Positions 6,769-14,374 are shown, numbered from the stretch's first letter. The stretch is DNA of 16,323 nt from a virus (IMGVR_UViG_3300033121_000168:64001-80323), one strand, 5' to 3'. The notes: a model not told the origin generated them from the letters alone. Made by a program: numbers and translations.

Positions 6769-6849
6769 TTTAATGGTAAAACAGCGGATTTATACCCCGT
6801 AGCGCCAGATAAGCGGCTGATCAGAGTTCGATTCTCTGTGGAGACACCA
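6759..6849 (+). tRNA. tRNA-Ile(UAU) with 21-nt variable region, encoded CCA
   Basis: Acceptor GTCTCTG/TGGAGAC, D stem GTTT/AAAC, anticodon stem GCGGA/CCCGT with loop TTTATAC (TAT at 6791-6793), T arm CAGAG-TTCGATT-CTCTG, A73-CCA. Confidence 0.85.
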
Positions 6850-6868
6850 ATGTATTAAGGAGAAATTT

Positions 6869-7057
6869 ATGCCAGCGTATTTTGAAGCAGGTAAAGGTTC
6901 AATTCAACGTCCAGAAGATCATAAGAAGTTTTCAGATAACTATGAGCTAATCTTTGGTAAAAAGAAAGATCCTGAACGTGAAAAATTCATTGAAGAAGTT
7001 TTCAATGCAATTCCTGTAATAAATATTCCTACTGTAATCAAAGAATCTGATGAATAA
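6869..7057 (+). CDS. Small phage hypothetical protein
   Basis: AAGGAG RBS; GKGSIQRPEDHKKFSDNYELIFGKKK motif recalled from many phages. Confidence 0.8.
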   Translation: MPAYFEAGKGSIQRPEDHKKFSDNYELIFGKKKDPEREKFIEEVFNAIPVINIPTVIKESDE

Positions 7058-7062
7058 TTAGG

Positions 7063-7183
7063 TTTAAGAAATACCTAGAAAATTCAGATATTCGATCAAA
7101 TACTGTAACAAAAGCAATTCCAAAGAATTCTAGATACTTCAGGTTGGATAACTTTTGCAGATAGTTTCTAGGTATTTCTTAAA
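7063..7183. repeat. 121-bp element bounded by 19-bp perfect inverted repeat
   Basis: TTTAAGAAATACCTAGAAA (7063-7081) and TTTCTAGGTATTTCTTAAA (7165-7183); inner CAAAAG/CTTTTG and TCCAA/TTGGA pairings. Confidence 0.85.
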
Positions 7184-7184
7184 T

Positions 7185-7259
7185 GGGTCTGTCGTATAAT
7201 GGACAATACAGGAGATTTCTACTCTCTAAATCCGGGTTCGATTCCTGGCAGACCCTCCA
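7185..7259 (+). tRNA. tRNA-Arg(UCU), encoded CCA
   Basis: Acceptor GGGTCTG/CAGACCC, A20 in D loop, anticodon stem GGAGA/TCTCT with TCT at 7218-7220, TTCGATT loop, U73-CCA. Confidence 0.92.
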
Positions 7260-7273
7260 CTAAATTAAAAATC

Positions 7274-7747
7274 ATGAAACATATACTAATTCTTTTGTTG
7301 TTTTTTAGCAACATAACTTATGCAAATCAAGTTGAGATCAACTGTTTAGCTGCTACAATCTTCTTTGAAGCTAGAGGTGAGCAGATTAAAGGACAAGAAG
7401 CTGTAGCTCAAGTTGCAATGAACAGAGCTAAAGCTATGACTTATCCCCCTTCAGTCTGTAAGGTTATTAAACAACCTTTTCAATTTAGCTGGTATAGTCC
7501 TGTAAACAGGACAACAAATGTTGTAAACGTCTTAAAAGGCCGTTTAAGCGGTTTAAATGCAAAGGACATAGAAGCATACCAACAAGCTAAAGAAATCGCT
7601 CTAAGAGCCTATACGGGGCTAATAGAGCCTAATCCTAAACTTGAAAATGCTTTGTACTTTGTACATAAGAGTGTGACCTCAAAACAACAACCTTGGTTGA
7701 CTAAGTTGAAAATGAAGGTTAAGATCGGAAACCATAAGTTCTACTAA
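7274..7747 (+). CDS. SleB-like cell wall hydrolase (Hydrolase_2)
   Basis: Signal-like N-terminus; CLAATIFFEARGE, AVAQVAMNR, QFSW, ALYF, IGNHKFY. Confidence 0.92.
   Translation: MKHILILLLFFSNITYANQVEINCLAATIFFEARGEQIKGQEAVAQVAMNRAKAMTYPPSVCKVIKQPFQFSWYSPVNRTTNVVNVLKGRLSGLNAKDIEAYQQAKEIALRAYTGLIEPNPKLENALYFVHKSVTSKQQPWLTKLKMKVKIGNHKFY
7697..7725 (+). promoter_or_regulatory. Sigma70 promoter in 3' end of SleB gene
   Basis: TTGACT, 17 bp, TAAGAT. Confidence 0.6.
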
Positions 7748-7789
7748 TGGTGATAAGGGAATCATAAATTTTATTGAAAGGAAATGTAT

Positions 7790-7997
7790 ATGAAAGAAAT
7801 TCACATGGTAATCACAAATGGTGGTGATGGTTCTAATTCTATTCATTGGGTACAGGCTCAGGAAGTTCTTGATCGAATGGAAGAATTGGTAGATGAAGGT
7901 GATGAAACATGGGATTAGAAGTGGTTGGTTTATTTGGCCTATTGACTTTGATCCTGTGTGGGTTGAAAAATGCACTGGTTTTGTAAATAATGAATAA
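7790..7997 (+). pseudogene. Out-of-frame junction of two gene fragments
   Basis: 42-aa ORF 7790-7918 with good RBS; +1 frame 7905-7997 reads KHGIRSGWFIWPIDFDPVWVEKCTGFVNNE with no start codon and a TGA directly upstream. Confidence 0.55.
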
Positions 7998-8010
7998 AGG
8001 AAATAATAAT

Positions 8011-9012
8011 ATGGAAAAGTACGCATCTATTGAACAATTCAAGAACGTTATCAAGCATGTGCGCGATAACTCCAACTATCATCAAGTTCCTCTGCCAACA
8101 TTGGAATTCATTGGTACTGTCAAGTTGCATGGTACAAATGCTTCTATTGTGTTTAATCCTGATATGAGTCATGTATTTCAATCTCGTGAACGAGAAATTA
8201 GTATTGAATCAGATAATGCTGGATTTGCAATGTGGGGTGAACGCAACATTAAGGATCTAGGTCTTACAATTACAAATCTTTCTAGTACCAGTAAACATTT
8301 CGAGTATGATACTCCAACTAAAATTGTAGTATTTGGTGAATGGTGTGGAGGTTCTATTCAAAAAGGTGTTGCCTTGAATCAACCCCCTAAGATGTTTGTG
8401 ATTTTTAATATTACTTTGATTTGGGAAAATGATATTCGAACAGAACTGACTCCTGAACAAATTCAATCTGTTGTACATCGTACCGAAGAAATCCGTTGCA
8501 TCTATGACTACCCGACATGGAAAATTTCGATTGACTTCAATGATCCGGCTGCTGTGCAAAACCAACTTGTAGATTTGACAATTGCTGTTGAAGAAGAATG
8601 TCCAGTTGGTAAAGCACATGGAGTTTCTGGAATTGGTGAAGGTATTGTTTGGTGGAATGTTGAACGAAATCTGAAATTCAAGGTCAAGGGTGAAAAGCAT
8701 TCTGCTTCCAAGGTGAAGACACTAAAGGAAATCGCTGCTGTCGATATTGAGAAGCTGAATTCTATCAAGGAATTAGTTACTTCTGCTGTATCTGAAAATC
8801 GACTCAAGCAAGGTCTGGATAAGATGAAAGAAATGGGTTTGGACATTGATGTAACAAATACAGGAGCATATATCAAGTGGGTTGTGGGTGATGTGATGAA
8901 GGAAGAAAAAGATGTTATCATTGCATCTGGTTTTAATGTCAAGGAAATCATGCCTCATGTATCTGAAGCAGCTAAGAAGTTCTGGTTTGAAACATTGTCT
9001 AATTTGAATTAA
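8011..9012 (+). CDS. RNA ligase, Rnl2 family
   Basis: Nucleotidyltransferase motifs KLHGTN (I), QSR (Ia), FGEW (III), FVIF (IIIa), EGIV (IV), FKVK (V); C-terminal NRL and DVMKEE. Confidence 0.9.
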   Translation: MEKYASIEQFKNVIKHVRDNSNYHQVPLPTLEFIGTVKLHGTNASIVFNPDMSHVFQSREREISIESDNAGFAMWGERNIKDLGLTITNLSSTSKHFEYDTPTKIVVFGEWCGGSIQKGVALNQPPKMFVIFNITLIWENDIRTELTPEQIQSVVHRTEEIRCIYDYPTWKISIDFNDPAAVQNQLVDLTIAVEEECPVGKAHGVSGIGEGIVWWNVERNLKFKVKGEKHSASKVKTLKEIAAVDIEKLNSIKELVTSAVSENRLKQGLDKMKEMGLDIDVTNTGAYIKWVVGDVMKEEKDVIIASGFNVKEIMPHVSEAAKKFWFETLSNLN

Positions 9013-9021
9013 GGAAACTAA

Positions 9022-9294
9022 ATGATTGGCACTAAAGTAAAGATTAAAGACTTGAATGACTTTGAATGGGCTTGCCAGAGTCGAAACGGTGCTCATGGTG
9101 AAATTGTTCAGCGTAATGAGCGCGATAATAGTTACAAAATCAAGTTCACCGATGGTTATGATACTTGGTTCAAATTTGAAGAGTTTGATGTAGTGAAGTC
9201 AGAACTAGATTCTGTTGACTCAGCAGTAAATTACCTTATTTCAAAAGGTTATAAAGTTTCTTTGACTAAGAAGGGTGAATATGCCACTGATTGA
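9022..9294 (+). CDS. Hypothetical protein (KOW/SH3-like)
   Basis: AAGGA RBS; MIGTKVKI start. Confidence 0.75.
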   Translation: MIGTKVKIKDLNDFEWACQSRNGAHGEIVQRNERDNSYKIKFTDGYDTWFKFEEFDVVKSELDSVDSAVNYLISKGYKVSLTKKGEYATD

Positions 9295-9484
9295 ACTTAC
9301 CGAAGAAGATATTGCTAAAATTGAGTGCAGACTTAAGGATAGTTTGCAATGTCAAGAAGTAAACATTGACAACAGTGGAAGTATTTCACCTGATTACTAT
9401 ATTACTGCTTACACAATTCTCGAAAGAGATAAAACAATTATTGAAACTATTCTTAATAAACTGAAAGGAATAAATAATGCCTAA
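9281..9484 (+). CDS. Small hypothetical protein
   Basis: AAGGGTG RBS, ATG 9281. Confidence 0.7.
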   Translation: MPLIELTEEDIAKIECRLKDSLQCQEVNIDNSGSISPDYYITAYTILERDKTIIETILNKLKGINNA

Positions 9485-9716
9485 CATTGCTAAAGAAGAT
9501 CTATTTAAAGATAAAGATTATTTTAAGGTTGAAATTCCTTCCGATCCAGGTTATGTATATACTATTTGGCGCGGGTCTAATTTTATAGTTGAAGGTTCAG
9601 GTAATTATATTGTCATTTTGTGTTGGGTTGAAGATGATCTGAATCATGGAATTGACTATAAAATTGATGAAGTATTGAAATATATCAATGAAGGTAGTTG
9701 GGTGATTGTAGAATGA
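9477..9716 (+). CDS. Small hypothetical protein
   Basis: AAAGGA RBS; overlaps both neighbours. Confidence 0.7.
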   Translation: MPNIAKEDLFKDKDYFKVEIPSDPGYVYTIWRGSNFIVEGSGNYIVILCWVEDDLNHGIDYKIDEVLKYINEGSWVIVE

Positions 9717-10000
9717 CACCAGAACAAAAACTGAAAATAGATAAAAAGGAATTCTTTGAAAAGCTTTCCGACTTAATGGAAGAATATTCTGTAGATGTAA
9801 TTGAAGTCGAAACTACTTCTCGAAATTATCACGAATTGATTGATGGTATCTCTTTTGATTTCTCTTGGAGGTATGCGGATGGTCATTCAGAAGTCATCAG
9901 GTATGGTGGAAATGTTCTTACTTCAAGTTACACCACATTAGAAGATCTACAAACTGTTGTAAAAGAACTACAAGAAGACATTGACAGGTTTGAAGACTGA
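9713..10000 (+). CDS. Acidic hypothetical protein
   Basis: ATGA coupling at 9713-9716. Confidence 0.7.
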   Translation: MTPEQKLKIDKKEFFEKLSDLMEEYSVDVIEVETTSRNYHELIDGISFDFSWRYADGHSEVIRYGGNVLTSSYTTLEDLQTVVKELQEDIDRFED

Positions 10001-10009
10001 AACTATCAT
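9981..10009 (+). promoter_or_regulatory. Sigma70 promoter upstream of mini-lipoprotein and denV
   Basis: TTGACA, 17 bp, TATCAT, 5 nt, CAT. Confidence 0.75.
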
Positions 10010-10036
10010 TTGTGCATTGATTCTTAAAGGAGTGAC

Positions 10037-10147
10037 ATGAAGAAGATTTTGATTGTACTTGCTGTAGGTCTATTGATTTCAGCATGTAATTGTGATGACC
10101 AAGCAAACCAGAAAACTCATTACGTTTTTAAACATGACTCGCATTAA
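10037..10147 (+). CDS. 36-aa mini-lipoprotein or truncated lipoprotein
   Basis: AAAGGAG RBS; MKKILIVLAVGLLISAC lipobox; not in ORF track. Confidence 0.6.
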   Translation: MKKILIVLAVGLLISACNCDDQANQKTHYVFKHDSH

Positions 10148-10562
10148 TCTAGTTGATCCTTCTGAACTTTGTGATAAGCATCTCATGGCTGAATACAGAG
10201 AACTTATTCGTATTCCGAATGCTGTGTATTCTGGTAAGATGAAAACATGTTACAAAGATACTCCAAGTATCTATACACTTGGTACTGGTCATGTTAAATT
10301 CTTTGTTGATAAGATGTTGTGGCTTTATGAACGACACCAAATTCTTTACTCTGAACTTTTGTTTAGAGAATTTAAAGTAACTGAAATTGTTTGGCCTTTT
10401 GAAATGCTACAATTTCTCAAAGAACGATTATTGTTTAATGAATACATTCCAACTAAATCTGAAATTGAACTAAATATTTCAAGAATTCTTGATAGAATGC
10501 CAGAAAATCCTAAGTTTACACATAGAACTGCACCACTATATTATGAAGGTAATTACCGTTAA
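10134..10562 (+). CDS. denV: Pyrimidine-dimer DNA glycosylase (T4 endonuclease V homolog)
   Basis: MTRINL start with catalytic Thr2, HLMAEYREL, LGTGHVKFF. Confidence 0.93.
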   Translation: MTRINLVDPSELCDKHLMAEYRELIRIPNAVYSGKMKTCYKDTPSIYTLGTGHVKFFVDKMLWLYERHQILYSELLFREFKVTEIVWPFEMLQFLKERLLFNEYIPTKSEIELNISRILDRMPENPKFTHRTAPLYYEGNYR

Positions 10563-10668
10563 ATCACCTAAAAAGCGCAATCCTGTTGTACCTGCTATCA
10601 CTAAAACTGGTGCAGGTAAACATAAGGATAAAAAGAAAGAATCTAAAGATAAACCTATTAAGGAGTAA
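10543..10668 (+). CDS. 41-aa basic hypothetical protein
   Basis: KRNPVVPAITKTGAGKHKDKKKE motif; its end supplies the AAGGAG RBS for the next gene. Confidence 0.6.
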   Translation: MKVITVKSPKKRNPVVPAITKTGAGKHKDKKKESKDKPIKE

Positions 10669-10670
10669 CT

Positions 10671-11204
10671 GTGAATAAACTTTATTTTAAAATCTGGTGT
10701 ACTGAAAAGAAGCTATATAGTAAAGGTGGTAGTCCTGCTGATAAACGGATGTGGTGTTGGTCAGAAACTGGTAAAGTATGGACTGGAATTGGACCTCTAA
10801 AGAATCATCTTCGTCAATTTAAGACTATTCCTGATTCATGGTTAATTGTTCCAATTAAAGTAATTTCTACCCCAGATCTGAATAACACTTATAAAGCTTC
10901 TTCTCTACTTAAGGATTATATGAACTATCATAAAAATATTAAACCTGACGATATTGATCTAAAAGATCTTGTTGGTCCATTTGATATGCGAACTGAACCC
11001 CCAACAAGAAATGGAGTTTATCTTACACAACATGACAAAGAATTCTACAACAATGAAGATGAGTATTCACTTACTTTTCAAACATATAACGGAGAATTTT
11101 GGGGGAAGTATACTTTCCATACATATAAGGCAACTGAATTTCTAGATGATCCATCAAGCTTCCAACATGGTAAATGGTGGGGTCTAAAGCAAGAAGTTTT
11201 GTAA
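10671..11204 (+). CDS. Hypothetical protein, probably two domains
   Basis: GTG start with AAGGAG RBS; W-rich N-half (GKVW..IGPLKNHL) and separate C-half. Confidence 0.75.
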   Translation: MNKLYFKIWCTEKKLYSKGGSPADKRMWCWSETGKVWTGIGPLKNHLRQFKTIPDSWLIVPIKVISTPDLNNTYKASSLLKDYMNYHKNIKPDDIDLKDLVGPFDMRTEPPTRNGVYLTQHDKEFYNNEDEYSLTFQTYNGEFWGKYTFHTYKATEFLDDPSSFQHGKWWGLKQEVL

Positions 11205-11233
11205 TTTATAGTCTAATTAATTAAAGGAATCAA

Positions 11234-13306
11234 ATGTCTAATTTTAAGGTTTTTGCGAAGCAAGTTAATTCTCGTCTGACTGCACTTCAGAAGAATGAAA
11301 TGTATGTTACTGATGTAAATACTGACGAACTGTGGTCTGTATATCTGTCTGCTTTCCCCGCAGATAGTGATCCTATTTACAAGACAAATACTACACATAC
11401 TTGTTCTTGCTGCCGGAATTTCGTAAAGAATCTTGGTGCTGCTGTTGCAATTATTGATGGTAAGATTCAAACAGTTTGGGATAACTTTGAAAATCTTCCA
11501 TATCCTTACAATATTGTGTCTGAGGCTATGTCTGATTATTTGAAGACAAAGAAGGTTGTTTCTTTGTATCGTTCTTCTGAACTTCAATATGGTGCAGAAG
11601 TTACTCGTCAGCAGATTGAAGATGGTTCTTTTATCAATTGGAATCACTTCTATGGTAAGGTTGATTCTAAGCACTTTACAAAGGCTCCAGATGCTGATCG
11701 TGGCCAATTCAACACTAGTCTTGATGTGTTCATCCGTGGTCTGAATGAAATTACTCTTGAAGCATTGGATACTGTTCTTGATTTGATTCAGTCCAATAAT
11801 TTGTATCGTGGTCAGGAATTCAAGACTAAGGTTAGTAGCTTCCGTAATATCAAAGTGAAGTACGATAAGATTAAGTTTGAGTCCGAAAAGCGAATCTTTG
11901 CAATTACCAGCATGCATCAAAATATCTCGCACTTCAAGAATGAAGTAATTGGTACTTTGGTATATGATCTGTCTACTGGTGTTGATATTGAAACTGCAGT
12001 TAAGATGTTTGAATCTAAGGTTGCTCCTGCAAACTATAAGCGTCCAACTGCTTTGATTACACCTAAGATGGTAGAATCTGCAATGGAGACAATCAAGGAA
12101 TTGGATCTTCAAGATGCATTGCAACGTCGATTTGCTGTCATTGAAGATGTGTCAGTGAATAATGTTCTGTGGGTGGACAATGAAACCAAGTCCAAGATGA
12201 AGGGTGGCATTGAAGACCTTTTGATGGGTTCTGTCAAGAAAACTAAGGTCAAGGAAGATACAGCAGTTGAAATGTCTATTGATGAGTTTGTGAAGGATAT
12301 TCTGCCTAAGGCTAGTTCTATTGAATTGCTTGTAAAGAATTCTCATGCTACTAATTTTGTCAGTTTGACTGCACCAGTTCATTCTGATGTTGCACATCTG
12401 TTCAAGTGGAATAATGATTTTGCTTGGTCTTATAATGGTAATATTGCTGATTCAGAATTGCGTAAGGCTGTTCAATCCCGTGGTGGTCGTGTAGACGGTG
12501 TATTCCGTTTCTCACACCAATGGAATTATGATAAGCGTAATACCAGTCTGATGGATTTGCATGTGTTCATGCCTGGAAATGGAACTAAGGCTGAAAATGG
12601 AGTACATGACAGCTATGGTAATGGTGAACGTGTAGGCTGGAACAATCGTAAACATAATAAGTCTGGTGGTGTTCAAGATGTTGACTATACATCTGCTGCC
12701 CCTGTTGGATATGTTCCTGTTGAGAATATTACATTCCCTGATATCAGTAGCATGCCAGAAGGTAAGTATGTGTGTAAGATTCATAATTGGGCTTTCCGTT
12801 CTCCAACAGAAGGTGGTTTTAAGGCTGAAATTGAATTTGAAGGTAATGTATTTGAATATGAATACACAAAGCCTTTGAAGAATAAGGAATGGGTGACTGT
12901 AGCTGTAGTTACATTGAAGGATGGAAAGTTCTCAATTGAACACCATCTGCCTCATTCTGCAAGCAGTCAAAAGATTTGGGGAATCGAAACCGAATCTTTG
13001 GTCAAGGTCAATACTATCATGAATAGTCCAAACTATTGGGATGATAATGCTGTTGGCAATAAGCACTGGTTCTTTATTCTGGAAGGTTGTGTAAATCCAG
13101 AAGAAACTCGTGGTATCTATAATGAATTTTTGCGAAGTGATCTTGAAGTTCATCGAAAGGTATTTGAAATTCTTGGTAATAAGACAAAGTGCCCTGTTGC
13201 AGAAAAGCAACTTTCTGGACTTGGTTTCTCTTCTACTCAAAAGAACTCTTGTACTTTTGTGGTGAAGGGTGATAAGATCCGTAAGACAGTCACAGTTAAC
13301 TTTTAA
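11234..13306 (+). CDS. 690-aa conserved phage protein of unknown function with internal YfaP/DUF2135-like module
   Basis: AAAGGA RBS; HTCSCC, NNLYRG, FKWNNDFAWSY, SPNYW, GNKHWFF, QLSGLGFSST; internal DLHV..P, GGVQDVD, PVENI, GKY pattern. Confidence 0.85.
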   Translation: MSNFKVFAKQVNSRLTALQKNEMYVTDVNTDELWSVYLSAFPADSDPIYKTNTTHTCSCCRNFVKNLGAAVAIIDGKIQTVWDNFENLPYPYNIVSEAMSDYLKTKKVVSLYRSSELQYGAEVTRQQIEDGSFINWNHFYGKVDSKHFTKAPDADRGQFNTSLDVFIRGLNEITLEALDTVLDLIQSNNLYRGQEFKTKVSSFRNIKVKYDKIKFESEKRIFAITSMHQNISHFKNEVIGTLVYDLSTGVDIETAVKMFESKVAPANYKRPTALITPKMVESAMETIKELDLQDALQRRFAVIEDVSVNNVLWVDNETKSKMKGGIEDLLMGSVKKTKVKEDTAVEMSIDEFVKDILPKASSIELLVKNSHATNFVSLTAPVHSDVAHLFKWNNDFAWSYNGNIADSELRKAVQSRGGRVDGVFRFSHQWNYDKRNTSLMDLHVFMPGNGTKAENGVHDSYGNGERVGWNNRKHNKSGGVQDVDYTSAAPVGYVPVENITFPDISSMPEGKYVCKIHNWAFRSPTEGGFKAEIEFEGNVFEYEYTKPLKNKEWVTVAVVTLKDGKFSIEHHLPHSASSQKIWGIETESLVKVNTIMNSPNYWDDNAVGNKHWFFILEGCVNPEETRGIYNEFLRSDLEVHRKVFEILGNKTKCPVAEKQLSGLGFSSTQKNSCTFVVKGDKIRKTVTVNF

Positions 13307-13317
13307 AGGAGAAAATT

Positions 13318-13713
13318 ATGTTTGAAAAGGCAATTAAGCAAAAGCTGCGTTTTGATAGTGTTCGTGGTCAACTGACAACTGAAGATCTGTGGGATCTTCC
13401 TCTGACTAGCCGAAATGGTTTTGATTTGGATACGATTGCTAAGGCAGTCAACTCCAAGATCAAGGAAGCTCAAGAAGAAAGCTTTGTGAAGGTTCGTTCG
13501 AATCCAGCACAAGATAAGCTGACTTTGCAACTTGATATTCTGAAGTACATCATTGCGGATAAGATGCAAGAAGCTGAAGCTAAGGCTACTGCTGTTGCAC
13601 GTCAACAACAACGTCAAAAGCTGGAAGAAGTTCTGGCTTCTAAGCAAGAAGATGCATTGAAGGGTCTGTCTGTTGAAGAACTGCAAGCACAAATCAATGC
13701 CCTGAAGGCATAA
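13318..13713 (+). CDS. 131-aa helical partner protein of unknown function
   Basis: AAAGGAG RBS; LRF..RG.LT.EDLWDLPL motif then coiled-coil ending LSVEEL. Confidence 0.85.
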   Translation: MFEKAIKQKLRFDSVRGQLTTEDLWDLPLTSRNGFDLDTIAKAVNSKIKEAQEESFVKVRSNPAQDKLTLQLDILKYIIADKMQEAEAKATAVARQQQRQKLEEVLASKQEDALKGLSVEELQAQINALKA

Positions 13714-13722
13714 TCACACAAG

Positions 13723-13764
13723 AAGGTCAAGTATTCAAAAGGTACTTGACCTTTTACTATTTTT
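13723..13764 (+). terminator. Intrinsic terminator-like hairpin
   Basis: AAGGTCAAGTA (13723-13733) / TACTTGACCTT (13743-13753), followed by T-rich tract, 10 nt after stop. Confidence 0.7.
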
Positions 13765-13791
13765 GAAAGACAATCATTACATCTTAACTTT
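13746..13791 (+). promoter_or_regulatory. Sigma70 promoter plus CATCTTAACTTT leader
   Basis: TTGACC, 17 bp, GACAAT, 5 nt, CATCTTAACTTT; same spacing as the promoter at 654. Confidence 0.6.
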
Positions 13792-13803
13792 GTAGGAAGA
13801 AAA

Positions 13804-14331
13804 ATGTTTCAAGCCATTTCTAACCTTCGCAATGAAGTTCGTATCCTGAAGATCCTGAAGCAAATTGGATCTGAAGTAAACAAGCACGTTGATAGTGTTA
13901 ATTTTGGTGGATGTTGTGTGTATGCATCAACTCTTGGCAAGATGCTTGAATCTCTTGGTTTTGAGGTTAGAATCCTTTCTGTAGACCGGAAGAATACAAA
14001 TGAAAAGATTCCTAATGATGAAAAGATCTTGTGCCCTCAAGAAGCTGAAGAAAAGCTTGGTGTAAACTTTCATCATATTGGTATTGCAGTGAAGGTGAAT
14101 GGTCGTTGGTATTCTCATGATACGGATCGAACCTTCCGTGGTCTTAAAAAGTTTGGTGCATCAGAATATCGTGCATCGAAAACATATCTTACAGTCAATC
14201 AGGCTTTGCATTTTGCCTCAAAGTCAGGTTTCTGGAATTCAACTTATGACCGAATTACTGGAAATCCTCTTGTTGAAGAAATTGTTCAAAAATATCTTCA
14301 ACCGTTGCAACAAAACAACATTCAAGCTTAA
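13804..14331 (+). CDS. Transglutaminase-like (Cys-His-Asp) protein
   Basis: GGCCVYASTLGKMLESLGFEVR and HHIGIAVKVNGRWYSHD fit the G-x-C...H...W...D pattern. Confidence 0.65.
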   Translation: MFQAISNLRNEVRILKILKQIGSEVNKHVDSVNFGGCCVYASTLGKMLESLGFEVRILSVDRKNTNEKIPNDEKILCPQEAEEKLGVNFHHIGIAVKVNGRWYSHDTDRTFRGLKKFGASEYRASKTYLTVNQALHFASKSGFWNSTYDRITGNPLVEEIVQKYLQPLQQNNIQA

Positions 14332-14374
14332 AAATTGAAGTATAATTCTTTTATCGTAATTAAGGAGTTATTTT

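Noticed and set aside
7219-7221. CTA next to the tRNA-Arg anticodon, suggesting an amber suppressor and stop-codon recoding
   Set aside because: Stem geometry centres TCT in the 7-nt loop and A20 supports Arg; TAG stops at 2313, 4830 and 6768 end genes sensibly, and read-through at 7918 adds only a few residues
7199-7273. N-terminal extension of the SleB ORF
   Set aside because: It is the tRNA-Arg sequence; ATG 7274 gives a signal-peptide-like start
11213-13692. Long antisense ORFs (303, 129, 102, 90 and 81 aa) opposite the 690-aa and 131-aa genes
   Set aside because: Shadow frames of strongly biased coding sequence; I/L/F-rich nonsense composition
14341-14346. Perfect TATAAT upstream of the second HNH
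   Set aside because: No usable -35 at 16-18 bp and no extended TG; cannot be called a promoter
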